This document shows, one piece after another, positions 24,826 to 36,954 of a stretch of DNA of 64,000 nt. The translations under genes and the position numbers were made by a program. Source of the stretch: Octopus vulgaris (taxonomy: Eukaryota); contig OX597822.1 in the NCBI GenBank assembly GCA_951406725.2, positions 97,898,001-97,962,000 on the forward strand, in the 5' to 3' direction. Position 1 is the first letter of the stretch; each line of letters begins with the position of its first letter. Below the pieces are notes generated by a model. It was given only the letters and a program-made list of their open reading frames with translations, ran no database searches and had not been told where the DNA came from.

Positions 24826-25399
24826 ATATATATATGTGTGTGTGTGTATGTATGTATGTCAGGTAAGATATATATGTTTCAATAAGTTTATTCTTAACAA
24901 TGAAATTATAGAAACGAAATTTAATATGGTTTCTCACCCCGGCAGCTAAAGCAATATACAGCAGAATATATTTATTAAAAACACAACCAGCAGCTAGAAA
25001 GAAAAAAAAGGAAGAAATTTGTAAACAGATCAAGACGAAGACAAAGGCGAAATACATTGGCAGATCAGATCTAGATTGAAATTCCAAAACATGATAATAA
25101 ATAGCGAAATAAATTTATACAAATAAGATATATATATATATATATAGGTACAGACACACACACAGACACGCACACAGACACGCACACATACACATACACA
25201 CACATACGTACACACGCACGTATAAATAAATATAAATACATACATGTGTACAAATAGATACGTATGGATACACATACATATACAACCACACACGCACCCA
25301 GGTAGATGTGTTTGTGTGGATGTGTGTTTATATTGGTATTCAGATAGATATCAAAGAAGATAAGCACAATGAAACTGTATATGCCTAAAGTTATATGTA

Positions 25400-25410
25400 T
25401 ATGCCTAAAG

Positions 25411-25482
<72 letters not shown>

Positions 25483-25583
25483 ATGTATATATATATATAT
25501 CTATATGTATGTATATATATATATTTATATGTATGTATATATATATATTTATATGTATGCATATATATGTATTTATATGTTTG

Positions 25584-25666
<83 letters not shown>

Positions 25667-25694
25667 TTATACACACACACATATATACACACAC

Positions 25695-25738
<44 letters not shown>

Positions 25739-26315
25739 TTATATATATATATATACATATGTATATATATCTGTATGTATGCACATATATGTATGTTTAT
25801 AAGTATGCATCTATCTAACTACTTCGTGATAGGCACGAAAGGTGAGTTATTATCTCACCATAGGTGGAAGAATGATTTTTTCTAATTGAATTCAATAGTC
25901 GGATGCCAGGGGCTTCGTGAGGTAATATCCGTAGTTAACCTGTTGCAGTTTCAAGAACGAATGACAACTACATTTTGACTCTCGCTTCGTACTGTATACA
26001 TACATACATACATACATACATACATACATACATACATACATACAGACATGCATACATGCATGCATGCATGCATGCATACGTACGTACGTACATACATACA
26101 TACATACATACATACATACATACATGCATGCATACATACATGCATACGTACGTACATACATACATACATACATACATACATACATACATACGTACATACA
26201 TACGTACGTACGTACATACATACATACATACATACATACATACATACATACATACATACATACATACATACATACATACATACGTACGTACATACATACG
26301 TATGTATGTATGTAT
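25400..26315. repeat. (TA)n and (CATA)n/(CGTA)n microsatellite blocks
   Basis: Simple repeats separated by ~190 bp of unique sequence. Confidence 0.9.
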
Positions 26316-26537
26316 AAGAAGTGTGATTGAAAATGCACAGAGAATATACTAAAATTAATCAATATCTAATTAATCAGATTCTAAAATAATCAGATTCTGA
26401 AAAGTGTGTTGCCTATGGAACTGCATCGCAAATTTTGTCTTCTTGGGCAGAAACAGGAAGTAAGAGTAAGTTGTTATAGAAATTATCTGTTTTTAAAGAA
26501 GGAATGTGACTCCGAATGCTGTCTACTTACGTCTCTT

Positions 26538-26990
26538 GCACTCCGTCGGTTACGACGACGAGGGTTCCGGTTGATCCGAATCAACGGAACAGCCTGCTCG
26601 TGAAATTAACGTGTAAGTGGCTGAGCACTCCACATACACGTGTACCCTTAACGTAGTTCTCGGGGATATTCAGCGTGACACAGCGAGTGACTAGCTTTTA
26701 CGGGCCCTTTGAAATACAGGACCAACTCACCTTCAGTATCAACAAAGATTGTCATTGTCTGCAGAGCCAAGCTTTTACGGGCCCTTTGAAATACAGGAAC
26801 AGGAAGTAAGAGTGAGAGAAAGTTGTGGTGAAAGAGTACAGCAGGGATCACCACCATCCCCTGCCGGAGCCTCGTGGAGCTTTAGGTGTTTTCGCTCAAT
26901 AAACACTCACAACGCCCGGTCTGGGAATCGAAACCGCGATCCTATGACCGCGAGTCTGCTGCCCTAACCACTGGGCCATTGCGCCTGCAC
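26538..26990 (-). mobile_element. SINE family C with an internal insertion and duplication
   Basis: Family C sequence in which agcttttacgggccctttgaaatacagga appears twice around ~50 bp of foreign sequence. Confidence 0.9.
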
Positions 26991-27260
26991 AGTCTGTTCA
27001 CGTACAGATTGACTGGTCAACGTTCATGAGTTAGGCTCATGTGAAACACAATCAAAACGAAAAAGCGTCATAAAACTATTTTTAAAGCCCAGAAGAAAGA
27101 TTTTTAGGCACCCGGTGCTCCTAGACAAAAGTAAGAACTCTAAAATAATAAGTCTTTTCAACTTAAAGTTCTGAAAAGAACAAATCCATATCCTTTCAAA
27201 ATGTCTTAAACATACCCCGGCACCACAGTATCTTAACGTCAGTGAGATACATGATGACAA

Positions 27261-27646
27261 GTGGAGGCGCAATGGCCCAGTGGTTAGGGCAGCGGACTCG
27301 CTGTCATAGGATCGCGGTTTCGATTCCAAGACCGGGCGTTGTGAGTGTTTATTGAGCGAAAACACCTAAAAGCTCCACGAGGCTCCGGCAGGGGATGTTG
27401 GTGATCCCTGCTGTACTCTTTCACCACAACTTTCTCTCACTCTTACTTCCTGTTTCTGTTGTACCTGTATTTCAAAGGGCCGGCCTTGTCACTCTCTGTA
27501 TCACGCTGAATATCCCCGAGAACTACGTTAAGGGTGCACGTGTTTGTGGAGTACTCAGGCACTTACACGTTAATTTTACGAGCAGGCTGTTCCGTTGATT
27601 CGGATCAACCGGAACCCTCATCGTCGTAACCGACGGAGTGCTTCCA
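27261..27646 (+). mobile_element. SINE family C with 11 bp TSD
   Basis: TSD acatgatgaca on both sides; the empty site is visible in the duplicate at ~30330. Confidence 0.93.
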
Positions 27647-27685
27647 AACATGATGACATTTCAAGTTTTGGTAGAATTTCATCTT

Positions 27686-28015
27686 TCAATTCAATTCAAT
27701 TTTTATTGGCTCAAAAAGCAAAAGCACGGAGTTATGTACAGGGAGGGTGGTCATACAAAGAGTTCAGGCCATTTCTGGTCAAGAGAGACTTTGAACCGAG
27801 CGGTCGTCGGCATCTTCACTATCTCGACCGGCAGATTATTCCACGGATCCGCAACCCGGACGGAGAAAGCCCCTGTCCTTCGATTGAGATGAAATCGTCG
27901 TAGATAGAGATTTTCGGAGTGACCCCGCTCTGGAGCAGGGGTGAAGAACATCTCTTTCGAGAGGTTACGCCTTCCGCTTATGATGTTGTGAGCGAGAATG
28001 AGATCACCACGGCAT
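27686..28015 (-). mobile_element. CR1-type LINE 3' end
   Basis: RGDLILAHNIISG...RGHS...FSVRVADPWNNLPVEIV...FKVSLD, then AATAAA and an (ATTGA)n tail. Confidence 0.8.
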
Positions 28016-28089
28016 CATTCGATTAAGAAAATACTGATCATCCCATTTTGCAAAATAAAAGCAATTACAAAACAAAACACTAGATATAT

Positions 28090-28215
28090 TTTGATGAGTT
28101 TTATCCACCTTCAGTTGTGTTCAAAAGGAGATGTTCCGTGGCCGAGACTACACATCGATTTCGCTGGTCCTATATTTAGTTCTTACTACTTAGTGGTAGT
28201 TGGTAGTTTTTTCAC
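28090..28215 (+). mobile_element. Gypsy/Ty3 integrase fragment
   Basis: PWPRLHIDFAGPIFSSYYLVVVGSF matches the start of the LTR-retrotransposon integrase core (PW.RLH.DFAGP...YLVVVD.FSK). Confidence 0.7.
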
Positions 28216-29029
28216 CGTTAAATTTTGAGTTTCTATCCACCTTCACTTACAATGAACTTTTACTTCCTAAACCGAAGTCCAACTCTTGTAAAACACAATG
28301 GAAACCCTAAAAGGACACTAGTAATAAGTCGTAAAAGAAGCGCATAAGGGAAGTGCTGCATATATGAAGATGGAACAATACAAAATACTGCATTAACTCT
28401 CCTTCAAGTTATTGCCCACTATAAAATTGTAAACATCTATCAACAAAGACAATGTATAACCATAACACTCTCATAAACCAACACAGAAAAGAAGTCTTAA
28501 CTAGTAAAGAAATTGATTATTTAACAAATCTTTATAGCTAAAATCATTTTCTACGAATTTCCCAAAATCTATGAAAGTAAAACAGATTCCTATAAACATA
28601 TTCATTCTGAAAGAGATCAAATTAAGACCAACTGTGGCAGGCCTAGCCTGTGAAACTCACATATTTAGCAACATCCTTGACTTACTGTTAAAACGTCCTT
28701 TATAATTTATTCGAAGTTTCATAAGAGATGATCAAGACCTATTAAACTATCTTCCGAAAAAAGTTAACAGGATACCATAATCGCTTCATTTGATATAGTA
28801 AATTTTTATATTACCATCTCATACGAGTATCGACAAGATGCAATAGAAGTTTAGCTAAGAGAATTCCCCTGCTAAAATTCGGACCGAATTGGTATACAAT
28901 TCATCACAGAGGGATTAATATTCACCTTTCAAAATGATCTTTTCATTTTCTAGAAAAACACCTACCAATAAAACCAAACAAAGTACGGTATCAACTTTGT
29001 AACTTATCTGGTGAAAATCTCGCCTTATT

Positions 29030-29260
29030 GTTATTTCTTTACTACCCACAAGGGCCTACACACAGAGGGAACAAACAAGGACAGACAAACGGATTAAGTG
29101 GATTACATCGACCCCAGTGCGTAACTGGTACTTAATTTATCGACTCCGAAAGGATGAAAGGCAAAGTCGATCTCGGCGGAATTTCAACTCAGAACGTAGC
29201 GGCGGACGAAATACCGCTAAGCATTTCACCCGGTGTGCTAACGATTCTGCCAGATCGTGC
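29030..29260 (-). mobile_element. SINE family B
   Basis: Reverse complement of the family B consensus. Confidence 0.88.
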
Positions 29261-29687
29261 CTTCTTCTGTGGACATACTACCTAGATGAATTCAATAATT
29301 TCAAATTCCTACTCAGTAGCATCAATAACAGCATTCAGTTCACAATAGAATTTAACCAACCACTCTTCTTAGACATTTTGATTATAAAGAATGACAAGAA
29401 ACCGACGTCCACTGTAAACCAACATACTCTAAACAATAACTACTATTTACTTCATGCCACTCAAAGTATATTAAATCCAATATCACATTTAAATCTAGCT
29501 AGAAGAATCTAAGCAATTGTCTCCAATCTAGAAGTTCAGGATATATCATTTGAATTAGATCAAGCGCTGCATGAAAGAAAGTGCCTGTCTACTCTGAAAG
29601 AGAATAGAATAGAAACGAATAATTACGAAAAGCCAAAATCAGTTGATACACTCAAAACCCAATCTTTGATTACTACACACAACACAA

Positions 29688-30072
29688 TGGAAGCACTCCG
29701 TCGGTTACGACGACGAGGGTTCCGGTTGATCCGAATCAACAGAACAGCCTGCTCGTGAAATTAACGTGTAAGTGGCTGAGCACTCCACAGACACGTGTAC
29801 CCTTAACGTAGTTCTCGGGGATATTCAGCGTGACACAGAGAGTGACAAGGCCGGCCCTTTGAAATACAGGTACAACAGAAACAGGAAGTAAGAGTGAGAG
29901 AAAGTTGTGGTGAAAGAGTACATCAGGGATCACCACCATCCCCTGCCGGAGCCTCGTGGAGCTTTAGGTGTTTTCGCTCAATAAACACTCACAACGCCCG
30001 GTCTGGGAATCGAAACCGCGATCCTATGACCGCGAGTCTGCTGCCCTAACCACTGGGCCATTGCGCCTCCAC
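29688..30072 (-). mobile_element. SINE family C
   Basis: Near-identical to other C copies. Confidence 0.92.
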
Positions 30073-30701
30073 TGTCTGTTCACGTACAGATTGACTGGTC
30101 AACGTTCATGAGTAGGCTCATGTGAAACACAATCAAAACGAAAAAGCGTCATAAAACTAATTTTAAAGCCCAGAAGAAAGATTTTTAGGCACCCGGTGCT
30201 ACTAGACAAAAGTAAGAAATCTAAAATAATAAGTCTTTCCAACTTAAAGTTCTGAAAAGAACAAATCCATATCCTTTCAAAATGTCTTAAACATACCCCG
30301 GCACCACAGTATCTTAACCTCAGTGAGATACATGATGACATTTCAAGTTTTGGTAGAATTTCATTTTTCAATTCAATTCAATTTTTATTGGCTCAAAAAG
30401 CAAAAGCAAGGCCGTGTAGGGTCACAGGAAGTTATGCACAGGGAGGGTGGTCATACAAAGAGTTCAGGCCATTTCTGGTCAAGAGAGACTTTGAACCGAG
30501 CGGTCGTCGGTATCTTCACTATCTCGACTGCCAGATTATTCCACGGATCCGCAACCCGGACGGAGAAAGCCCCTGTCCTTCGATTGAGATGAGATCGTCG
30601 TAGATAGAGCTTTTCGGAGTGACCCCGCTCTGGAGCAGGTGTGAAGAACATCTCTTTCGAGAGGTTACGCTTTCCGCTTATGATGTTGTGAACGAAAATG
30701 A
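30073..30701 (+). repeat. Copy of 26992-27998 lacking the SINE at 27261 (includes the CR1 3' end)
   Basis: gtctgttcacgtacagattgactgg...gatacatgatgacatttcaag...gatgttgtg. Confidence 0.92.
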
Positions 30702-30856
30702 GTTCAGGATATATCATTTGAATTAGATCAAGCGCTGCTTGAAAGAAAGTGCCTGTCTACTCTGAAAGAGAATAGAATAGAAACGAATAATTACGAAAAG
30801 CCAAAATCAGTTGATACACTCAAGACCTAATCTTTGATTACAACACACAACACAAT

Positions 30857-31242
30857 GGAAGCACTCCGTCGGTTACGACGACGAGGGTTCCGGTTGATCC
30901 GAATCAACGGAACAGCCTGCTCGTGAAATTAACGTGTAAGTGGCTGAGCACTCCACAGACACGTGTACCCATAACGTAGTTCTCGGGGATATTCAGCGTG
31001 ACACAGAGAGTGACAAGGCCGGCCCTTTGAAATACAGGTACAACAGAAACAGGAAGTAAGAGTGAGAGAAAGTTGTGGTGAAAGAGTACAGCAGGGATCA
31101 CCACCATCCCCTGCCGGAGCCTCGTGGAGCTTTTAGGTGTTTTCGCTCAATAAACACTCACAACGCCCGATCTGGGAATCGAAACCGCGATCCTACGACC
31201 GCGAGTCCGCTGCCCTAACCACTGGGCCATTGCGCCTCCACT
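30857..31242 (-). mobile_element. SINE family C with TSD acacaacacaat
   Basis: Direct repeat on both sides of the element. Confidence 0.92.
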
Positions 31243-32269
31243 ACACAACACAATAAGCATAGAAACATTCAACAAACATTGAACATTATCCATCAGAATT
31301 TACCTATATTGAGCCGAGGCCCAGAAAGGAAAAAAGGTACTTGAATGACACAAAATAATCAAATGGAAAAGATAACCAAAATTCCTAAAAAAGATTTCTT
31401 ACCGACGCGAAACTACGGACTGCAGACTCAATTCCAACGGTTAAAAAGTGTGGCCGATCAGCAAAAAACATGTGGAACTTGTGACAACATTTTTGAGGAC
31501 ACAGCTTTTACACTTAAACCGAGACACATTTTACTGTGAAAAACCATTTTACTTGTTCTTCAAACAATTTAATATACGCCATCAAATGCAATGGATGCAG
31601 TGTCAAATTAAATTCTCTCTAAGAATGAAATTAACAATCCATCGTCCACAAATTCCACTAGAGGAACATCTGGATGCACGTATGGAAAACAAATCTCCTA
31701 CGTTTTACGTCTTTCCATTCTATCAATGTTCAGATAATATAATATAACAGATCAAACAAGAACAAATAAGAAAACAAGCTATAGCTGAACAGGTTATAAC
31801 ATCAGTAATACAGGATTTGCATTTTTTTTTATAGCTTCAGTGACAGCATCTACAGACAAATGTCTGGGACTGCGATGAAAAAGAGGGTATTACTCCGTAA
31901 GTCTCTAAAAAGTTTAGCGCCAAATTACACACCAAAAATTCAATTGCAATAGTCAAAACATTCAAACGTCCTAATTGTGGAACATGTATCAACTTTATGG
32001 AATGTTCAACAGTCAAGCCAGGGCAAACATTAACTATAATAAAATCATTTCACCTGTGCGTCGAGGAACTTAATTTATGTTTTCAAATGCGGATTAAGAG
32101 CTTGACTTTGAGTAACAGAGTGAGAATACGCAGGCAACATATTCGGCCTCTCACAACTAGGAAAATGTCAGTAAGTAAACATCCGAAAACGAATATCGAC
32201 TATAACAATCTTTCCATCTATATCAATGCGCCGGAAACACTTCAAACAAATTTTGATTGTTTGTTTCTT

Positions 32270-32550
32270 CTTGAGCCATGCCTGGCACAGAAGGATCGGG
32301 TTCCCGGTTTCATTGGCGTATAGGTTCCGCACCTGGAGGGGACGCCTGTCCGTCACAGGTGAGCTGATAGATGCAGTGAGAGAAAGTTGTGGCGAAAGAG
32401 TAAGTAGAGGTTCGCAATTACCTTCAGCCGGCGCCATGTGGAGCTTAGGTGCTTCGCTCATAAACACACATACCACCCGGTCTGAGATTCGAACCCGCAG
32501 TCCCTCGACTGCGAGTTCACTGCTCTTACCACTCGACCATATGCCTCCAC
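32270..32550 (-). mobile_element. Diverged SINE, C-like head with the alternative tail (same type as 4590-4857)
   Basis: gtggaggcatatggtcgagtggtaagagcagtgaactcgcagtc head on the minus strand; tail gaaaccgggaacccgatcc...ccaggcatggct. Confidence 0.7.
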
Positions 32551-32658
32551 AATTTCGATTGTGTAAGGAAAATATGCTTATTAAGAACTATAAGCCACAA
32601 CTAAACATAAATAAATATAAATCACAACACAGCAGAATAAGAAAACAATTTATTCATA

Positions 32659-32823
32659 GGCGCAGGAGTGGCTGTGTGGTAAGTAGCTTGCTAACTAACC
32701 ACATGGTTCTGGGTTCAGTCCCACTGCGTGGCATCTTGGGCAAGTGTCTTCTACTATAGCCTCGGGCCGACCAATGCCTTGTGAGTGGATTTGGTAGACG
32801 GAAACTGAAAGAAGCCTGTCGTA

Positions 32824-32900
<77 letters not shown>

Positions 32901-33090
32901 TTGTGTGTCTGTGTTTGTCCCCCTAGCATTACGTCCCCGTCACTTAGCGGTTCGGCAAAAGAGACCGATAGAATAAGTACTGGGCTTACAAAGAATAAGT
33001 CCCGGGGTCGAGTTGCTCGACTAAAGGCGGTGCTCCAGCATGGCCGCAGTCAAATGACTGAAACAAGTAAAAGAGTAAAAGAGTAAAGAG
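32659..33090 (+). mobile_element. SINE family A
   Basis: Full head, internal (TA)n, AAAGAG tail. Confidence 0.9.
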
Positions 33091-33639
33091 TATGAGAAAC
33101 GACTAGAAGCAACTGTCATAAATAAAATGTTGAAGTAACGGGCTGCCTCCAGGTTTCGAAGCCCTAACTCGAAACTGCTGTACAATAGCACCTTGCACAT
33201 TTTCAAACACCAATTGCTGGCATCACTCTAGGCTTAACCAATTAGATTTTTCTAGTCAAAACCGAACCCTCGGGAAAACACAAATAAACAACCGGAACGT
33301 TGGACGACCGTCAGATAAAAAACAGGTTATCAAGTCCTTTCACAAAAACAAATGACGGATGCAGAAAATCAAACAGCCAGATCTTAGATCTCTACTGGTC
33401 AAAACCAAGTGATCAAAACAGTCGACAAACGAATGCTGTCTCCAGGAAGTAGACCAGCTAGAACGTTGGATTTCTGCGAAACCAAAATATGCGGTAAGAA
33501 CTTTCGAAAAACAAGTGACATATCCAGGCAGTCAGCTAGCCAAACAATTATACCATAGGCAGACGAAAACAAGTGACGTCACTAAATCTACAACTAATCA
33601 GAACTTGAGCCTTTACATTAAACACACGCTCACACACAT

Positions 33640-33870
33640 TCTTTTATTCTTTTATTTGTTTCAGTCATTTGACTGCGGTCATGCTGCAACATCGCCATTA
33701 TGTGTTTTAGTTGAAGAAATCGACCCCAGAACTTATTCTTTGTAAGCCTAGTACTTATTCTATCTGCCACATTTGACGAACCGCTCAATTACGGGGACGT
33801 AAATGCAACAGCATCGGCTGTCAAGCGACGTTGGGGAGACAAACACAGACACACACATACACACACATAT
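33640..33870 (-). mobile_element. SINE family A 3' half, diverged
   Basis: tttcagtcatttgactgcgg...agtacttattctatc...acaaacacagacac. Confidence 0.75.
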
Positions 33871-33982
33871 CTATATATACGAACATATACATACATACAT
33901 ATCTCTCTCTATCCGCTCAGTCGAAGTCGACTCTCGGTCACTCGTTGAATCAGTGTCCTCCAGTCAGTTGGGCTGCTTCTTT

Positions 33983-34063
<81 letters not shown>

Positions 34064-34173
34064 TTATAAATAAGGATAATATCGATATTTAAATATCGAT
34101 ATTATCAAGTGGCCAGCATGGGAAAAAAATACCATACAAAGGTTTTTTTTTACAACCTAAAAATAAACCTTTC

Positions 34174-34225
<52 letters not shown>

Positions 34226-34343
34226 TGTGTGTGTGTGTGTGTGTGTGTGTTGTATATAACTAAAAATAAGGGTGTCTGAGAGACACCACCATGCCGAAAT
34301 AGCAGTCAAATCCCTGACTCTAAAAACCACCCTTATTTTTAGT

Positions 34344-34389
<46 letters not shown>

Positions 34390-34408
34390 ATATATATATA
34401 TATATATA

Positions 34409-35000
34409 TATTCAACAATATAAAGGAATGACCCTGGTAGGCCATTCGTCTCACTAGAAAGAGCAGCCATACTCAAACCGCTAAATAGTAGTAATTCAGA
34501 AATTAAATGAAAATCAAAAACATTTACCTTAATCATCCTTGGACAATGCATTGTTTCAACGTAATTTATGGCAAACCAGCCTAATTAAATTAAATTAAAT
34601 TTAATCAAGTCAATCTACCATTGGTTCGTCTCATCGGCAAGGAAACCAGGAGGAATAAATATTCCCCGAGGCAGCCTCAATGATGCCTCGGGAATATATA
34701 CTCTAACTTTTCAAAATCTACCGTAATCGCGCCAACTTGTCAGCAGCAAATATAAACTGCTGATTCAATTTCAGAATTAGTCAAAAATCATTAATTAATC
34801 AATATAGGGTAGCAAAAAATTCAATAGAAATTTTTTCGCCACCAGCGGTCTAGTGAGAAAGAGAAAATAGTCGCAGGGTCATTCCTTTATATTGTTGAAT
34901 TTATATATATATAGTCTGCGACTATTTTCTCTTTCTCACTGGACCGCTGGAGGCGAAAAAATTTCTATTGAATTTTTTGCTACCCGATATTGATTAATAT
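34409..35000. mobile_element. (TA)n-flanked element with terminal inverted repeats, an internal hammerhead and an adjacent inverted duplication
   Basis: attcaacaatataaaggaatgaccctg at ~34410 and its reverse complement ending at ~34900. 34792-34875 is re-copied in inverted form at 34916-35000. Confidence 0.7.
34536..34643 (-). ncRNA. Type I hammerhead ribozyme-like motif (U4C core, long stem II)
   Basis: Minus strand tccttg-CCGATGA-gacg-(~65 nt)-cgtt-GAAA-caatgcattg-TC-caagga: 6-bp stem I, palindromic stem III. Confidence 0.65.
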
Positions 35001-35029
35001 ATAAATATATATATATATATATACATACA

Positions 35030-35183
35030 TACGACAGGCTTCTTTCAGTTTCCGTCTACCAAATCCACTCACAAGGCTTTGGTCAGCCCAAGGCTATGTA
35101 GTAGAAGACACTTGCGCATGCAGGTGTCATGCAGTGGGACTCAACCCGGAACCATGTGGTTAGTAAGCAAGGTACTTACCACA
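35030..35183 (-). mobile_element. SINE family A 5' half
   Basis: Head-region match. Confidence 0.8.
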
Positions 35184-35385
35184 AGATATTTTAGCTTAAA
35201 ACAGTTTCAGCTCACATCAGCAGAGGCAACGGCAAAGAAACCTCCTTCAAAAAGGTCCTTCAGTTGACCGAATAACTGGATGCTCTCACGTCGAAACTAA
35301 CAAGATTCTCTAACACACAATCACACACGCACATAATGTGTATATATGAATATGTGTGTGTGTACATACATACATACATACATAT

Positions 35386-35622
35386 ACTCTTTTACTCTTA
35401 CTCTTTTACTCTTTTACTTGTTTCAGTCATTTTGACTGCGGCCATACTGGAGCACCGCCTTTAGTCGAGCAAATCGACCCCGGGACTTATTCTTTGTAAG
35501 CCCAGTACTTATTCTATCGGTCTCTTTTGCCGAACCGCTAAGTGACCGGTACGTAAACACACCATCATCGGTTGTCAAGCAATGCTAGGGGGACAAACAC
35601 AGACACACAAACACATACACGC

Positions 35623-35653
<31 letters not shown>

Positions 35654-35825
35654 CATATATACGACAGGCTTCTCTCAGTTTCCGTCTACCAAATCCACTC
35701 ACAAGGCATTGGTCGGCCCGGGGCTATAGCAGAAGACACTTGCCCAAGATGCCACGCAATGGGACTGAACCCGGAACCATGTGGTTGGTTAGCAAGCTAC
35801 TTACCATACAGCCATTCCTGCGCCT
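35386..35825 (-). mobile_element. SINE family A, full length
   Basis: Complete reverse-complement match with a (CTCTTTTA)n tail. Confidence 0.9.
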
Positions 35826-35844
35826 ATATATATATATATCATAC

Positions 35845-36830
35845 AACAAAAAGGGCGAGGAGTATTGATGTAGTATATTGGGATCGGACAATTAGCGTAA
35901 GCGAGTGTCAACGGTGGTTCTAGAAATTCCGAGCCGGAAACCACGGCCTAGAAGACGAGACTCGTCCTGGAAGATCTACAGAGCTCGACGAGAACGTTTT
36001 GCAAACCCTGGTGGAACAGAACCTCATCGTAACTGTTGAGGAATTAACAGGGATGATTGGATTTAGTCATTCAACCATTCATTGACACTTGAAGGCCATC
36101 GAAACAGTCAGCGAATTGAGTCAATGGGTTCCTCACAAACTTTCCGAGTCTGATCGCGAGCAGAGAGTGAATGTGTGCTCTTCTTCGCTGTCACGTCTCA
36201 CGAATGAACCTTTTTGGGACCGAATAGTGACTGGTGACGAGAAATGGGTTCTCTATAAATATGTCAAGTCTCGAAGACAGTGGGAAGGGAAAGGAGAAAC
36301 ACTGGCACTCCAGTCTAAAGAGGATCTTCACCCACGTAAGGTGTTGTTATCTGTTTGGTGGGATATAAAAGGTTTAGTCCACTTTCAACTTTTAAACCCA
36401 AACCAAACAATAAGAAAGGCGATCTACTGCGAGCAGCTTGAGCGGCTTAAATCATCGCTAAAAGAAAAACAACCATCTTTGGTTTCAAGACGAAAGGTGT
36501 TCTTCCATCAGGATAATGTTCTGCCACATACAATGAGGATGACATTCCAAATGCTAGAGCAGTTTGAATGGGAAACGATTCCCCACTCACCATACCCGCC
36601 GGACATTGCCCCATCTGGTTATCATTTATTCTGCAGTCTTCAAAATCATTTGGACGGAAAAATATGAATTCTGTAGACGAGGTCAGAACAGTAGTGGAGG
36701 AGTATTTTTCGTCACGGAAAAGGGAATTTTGGAAGAGGGGCCTTGCAAGTCTATCAGATAGATGGAAGAGCATTGTAAAAAATGAAGGAGAGTATATTAT
36801 AGATTAAAAAGAAGTTTGTTTACCTTAATT
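35845..36830 (+). pseudogene. Mariner (DD34D) transposase pseudogene, longest copy
   Basis: ECQRWF*KF..G...LEDE.RPGRS (HTH region), WVPHKL, TGDEKW, FHQDN, PYPPDIAPSGYHLF (third catalytic D replaced by G). Stop at ~35921 and frameshift at ~36660. Confidence 0.92.
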
Positions 36831-36907
36831 TCAGTGAAGCTTTACATAGCATCGTATCGTTATCGACTGCTACTTCCGACAAGCATTGGTGCCTTGTTGT
36901 ACCACTA

Positions 36908-36950
<43 letters not shown>

Positions 36951-36954
<4 letters not shown>

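Larger units (their letters stand above)
28240..31790 (+). mobile_element. Penelope-like element (RT plus GIY-YIG endonuclease), decayed, with nested SINEs and a duplication
   Basis: RT remnants ETHIFSNILDLLLK, FIRDDQDLLNYLP...IIASFDIVNFY, SINNSIQFTIE..PLFLDILI, HCKPT...FTSCH. EN-associated CGTC and IYAIKCNGC, and the end EEHLD...FYVFPFYQC. Confidence 0.75.
31930..33620 (+). mobile_element. Second Penelope-like endonuclease fragment plus probable 3' pLTR region (nested SINEs)
   Basis: PNCGTCINFMEC...NRVRIRRQHIR...VSKH...FRLCKENMLIKNYKPQLN; degenerate HHR-like motif at 33127-33186. Confidence 0.6.

Noticed and set aside
36089-36807. Tandem SETMAR-like or active transposase gene cluster
   Set aside because: No SET domain. 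The mariner ORF is truncated, has stops and a frameshift, and lacks the third catalytic Asp.
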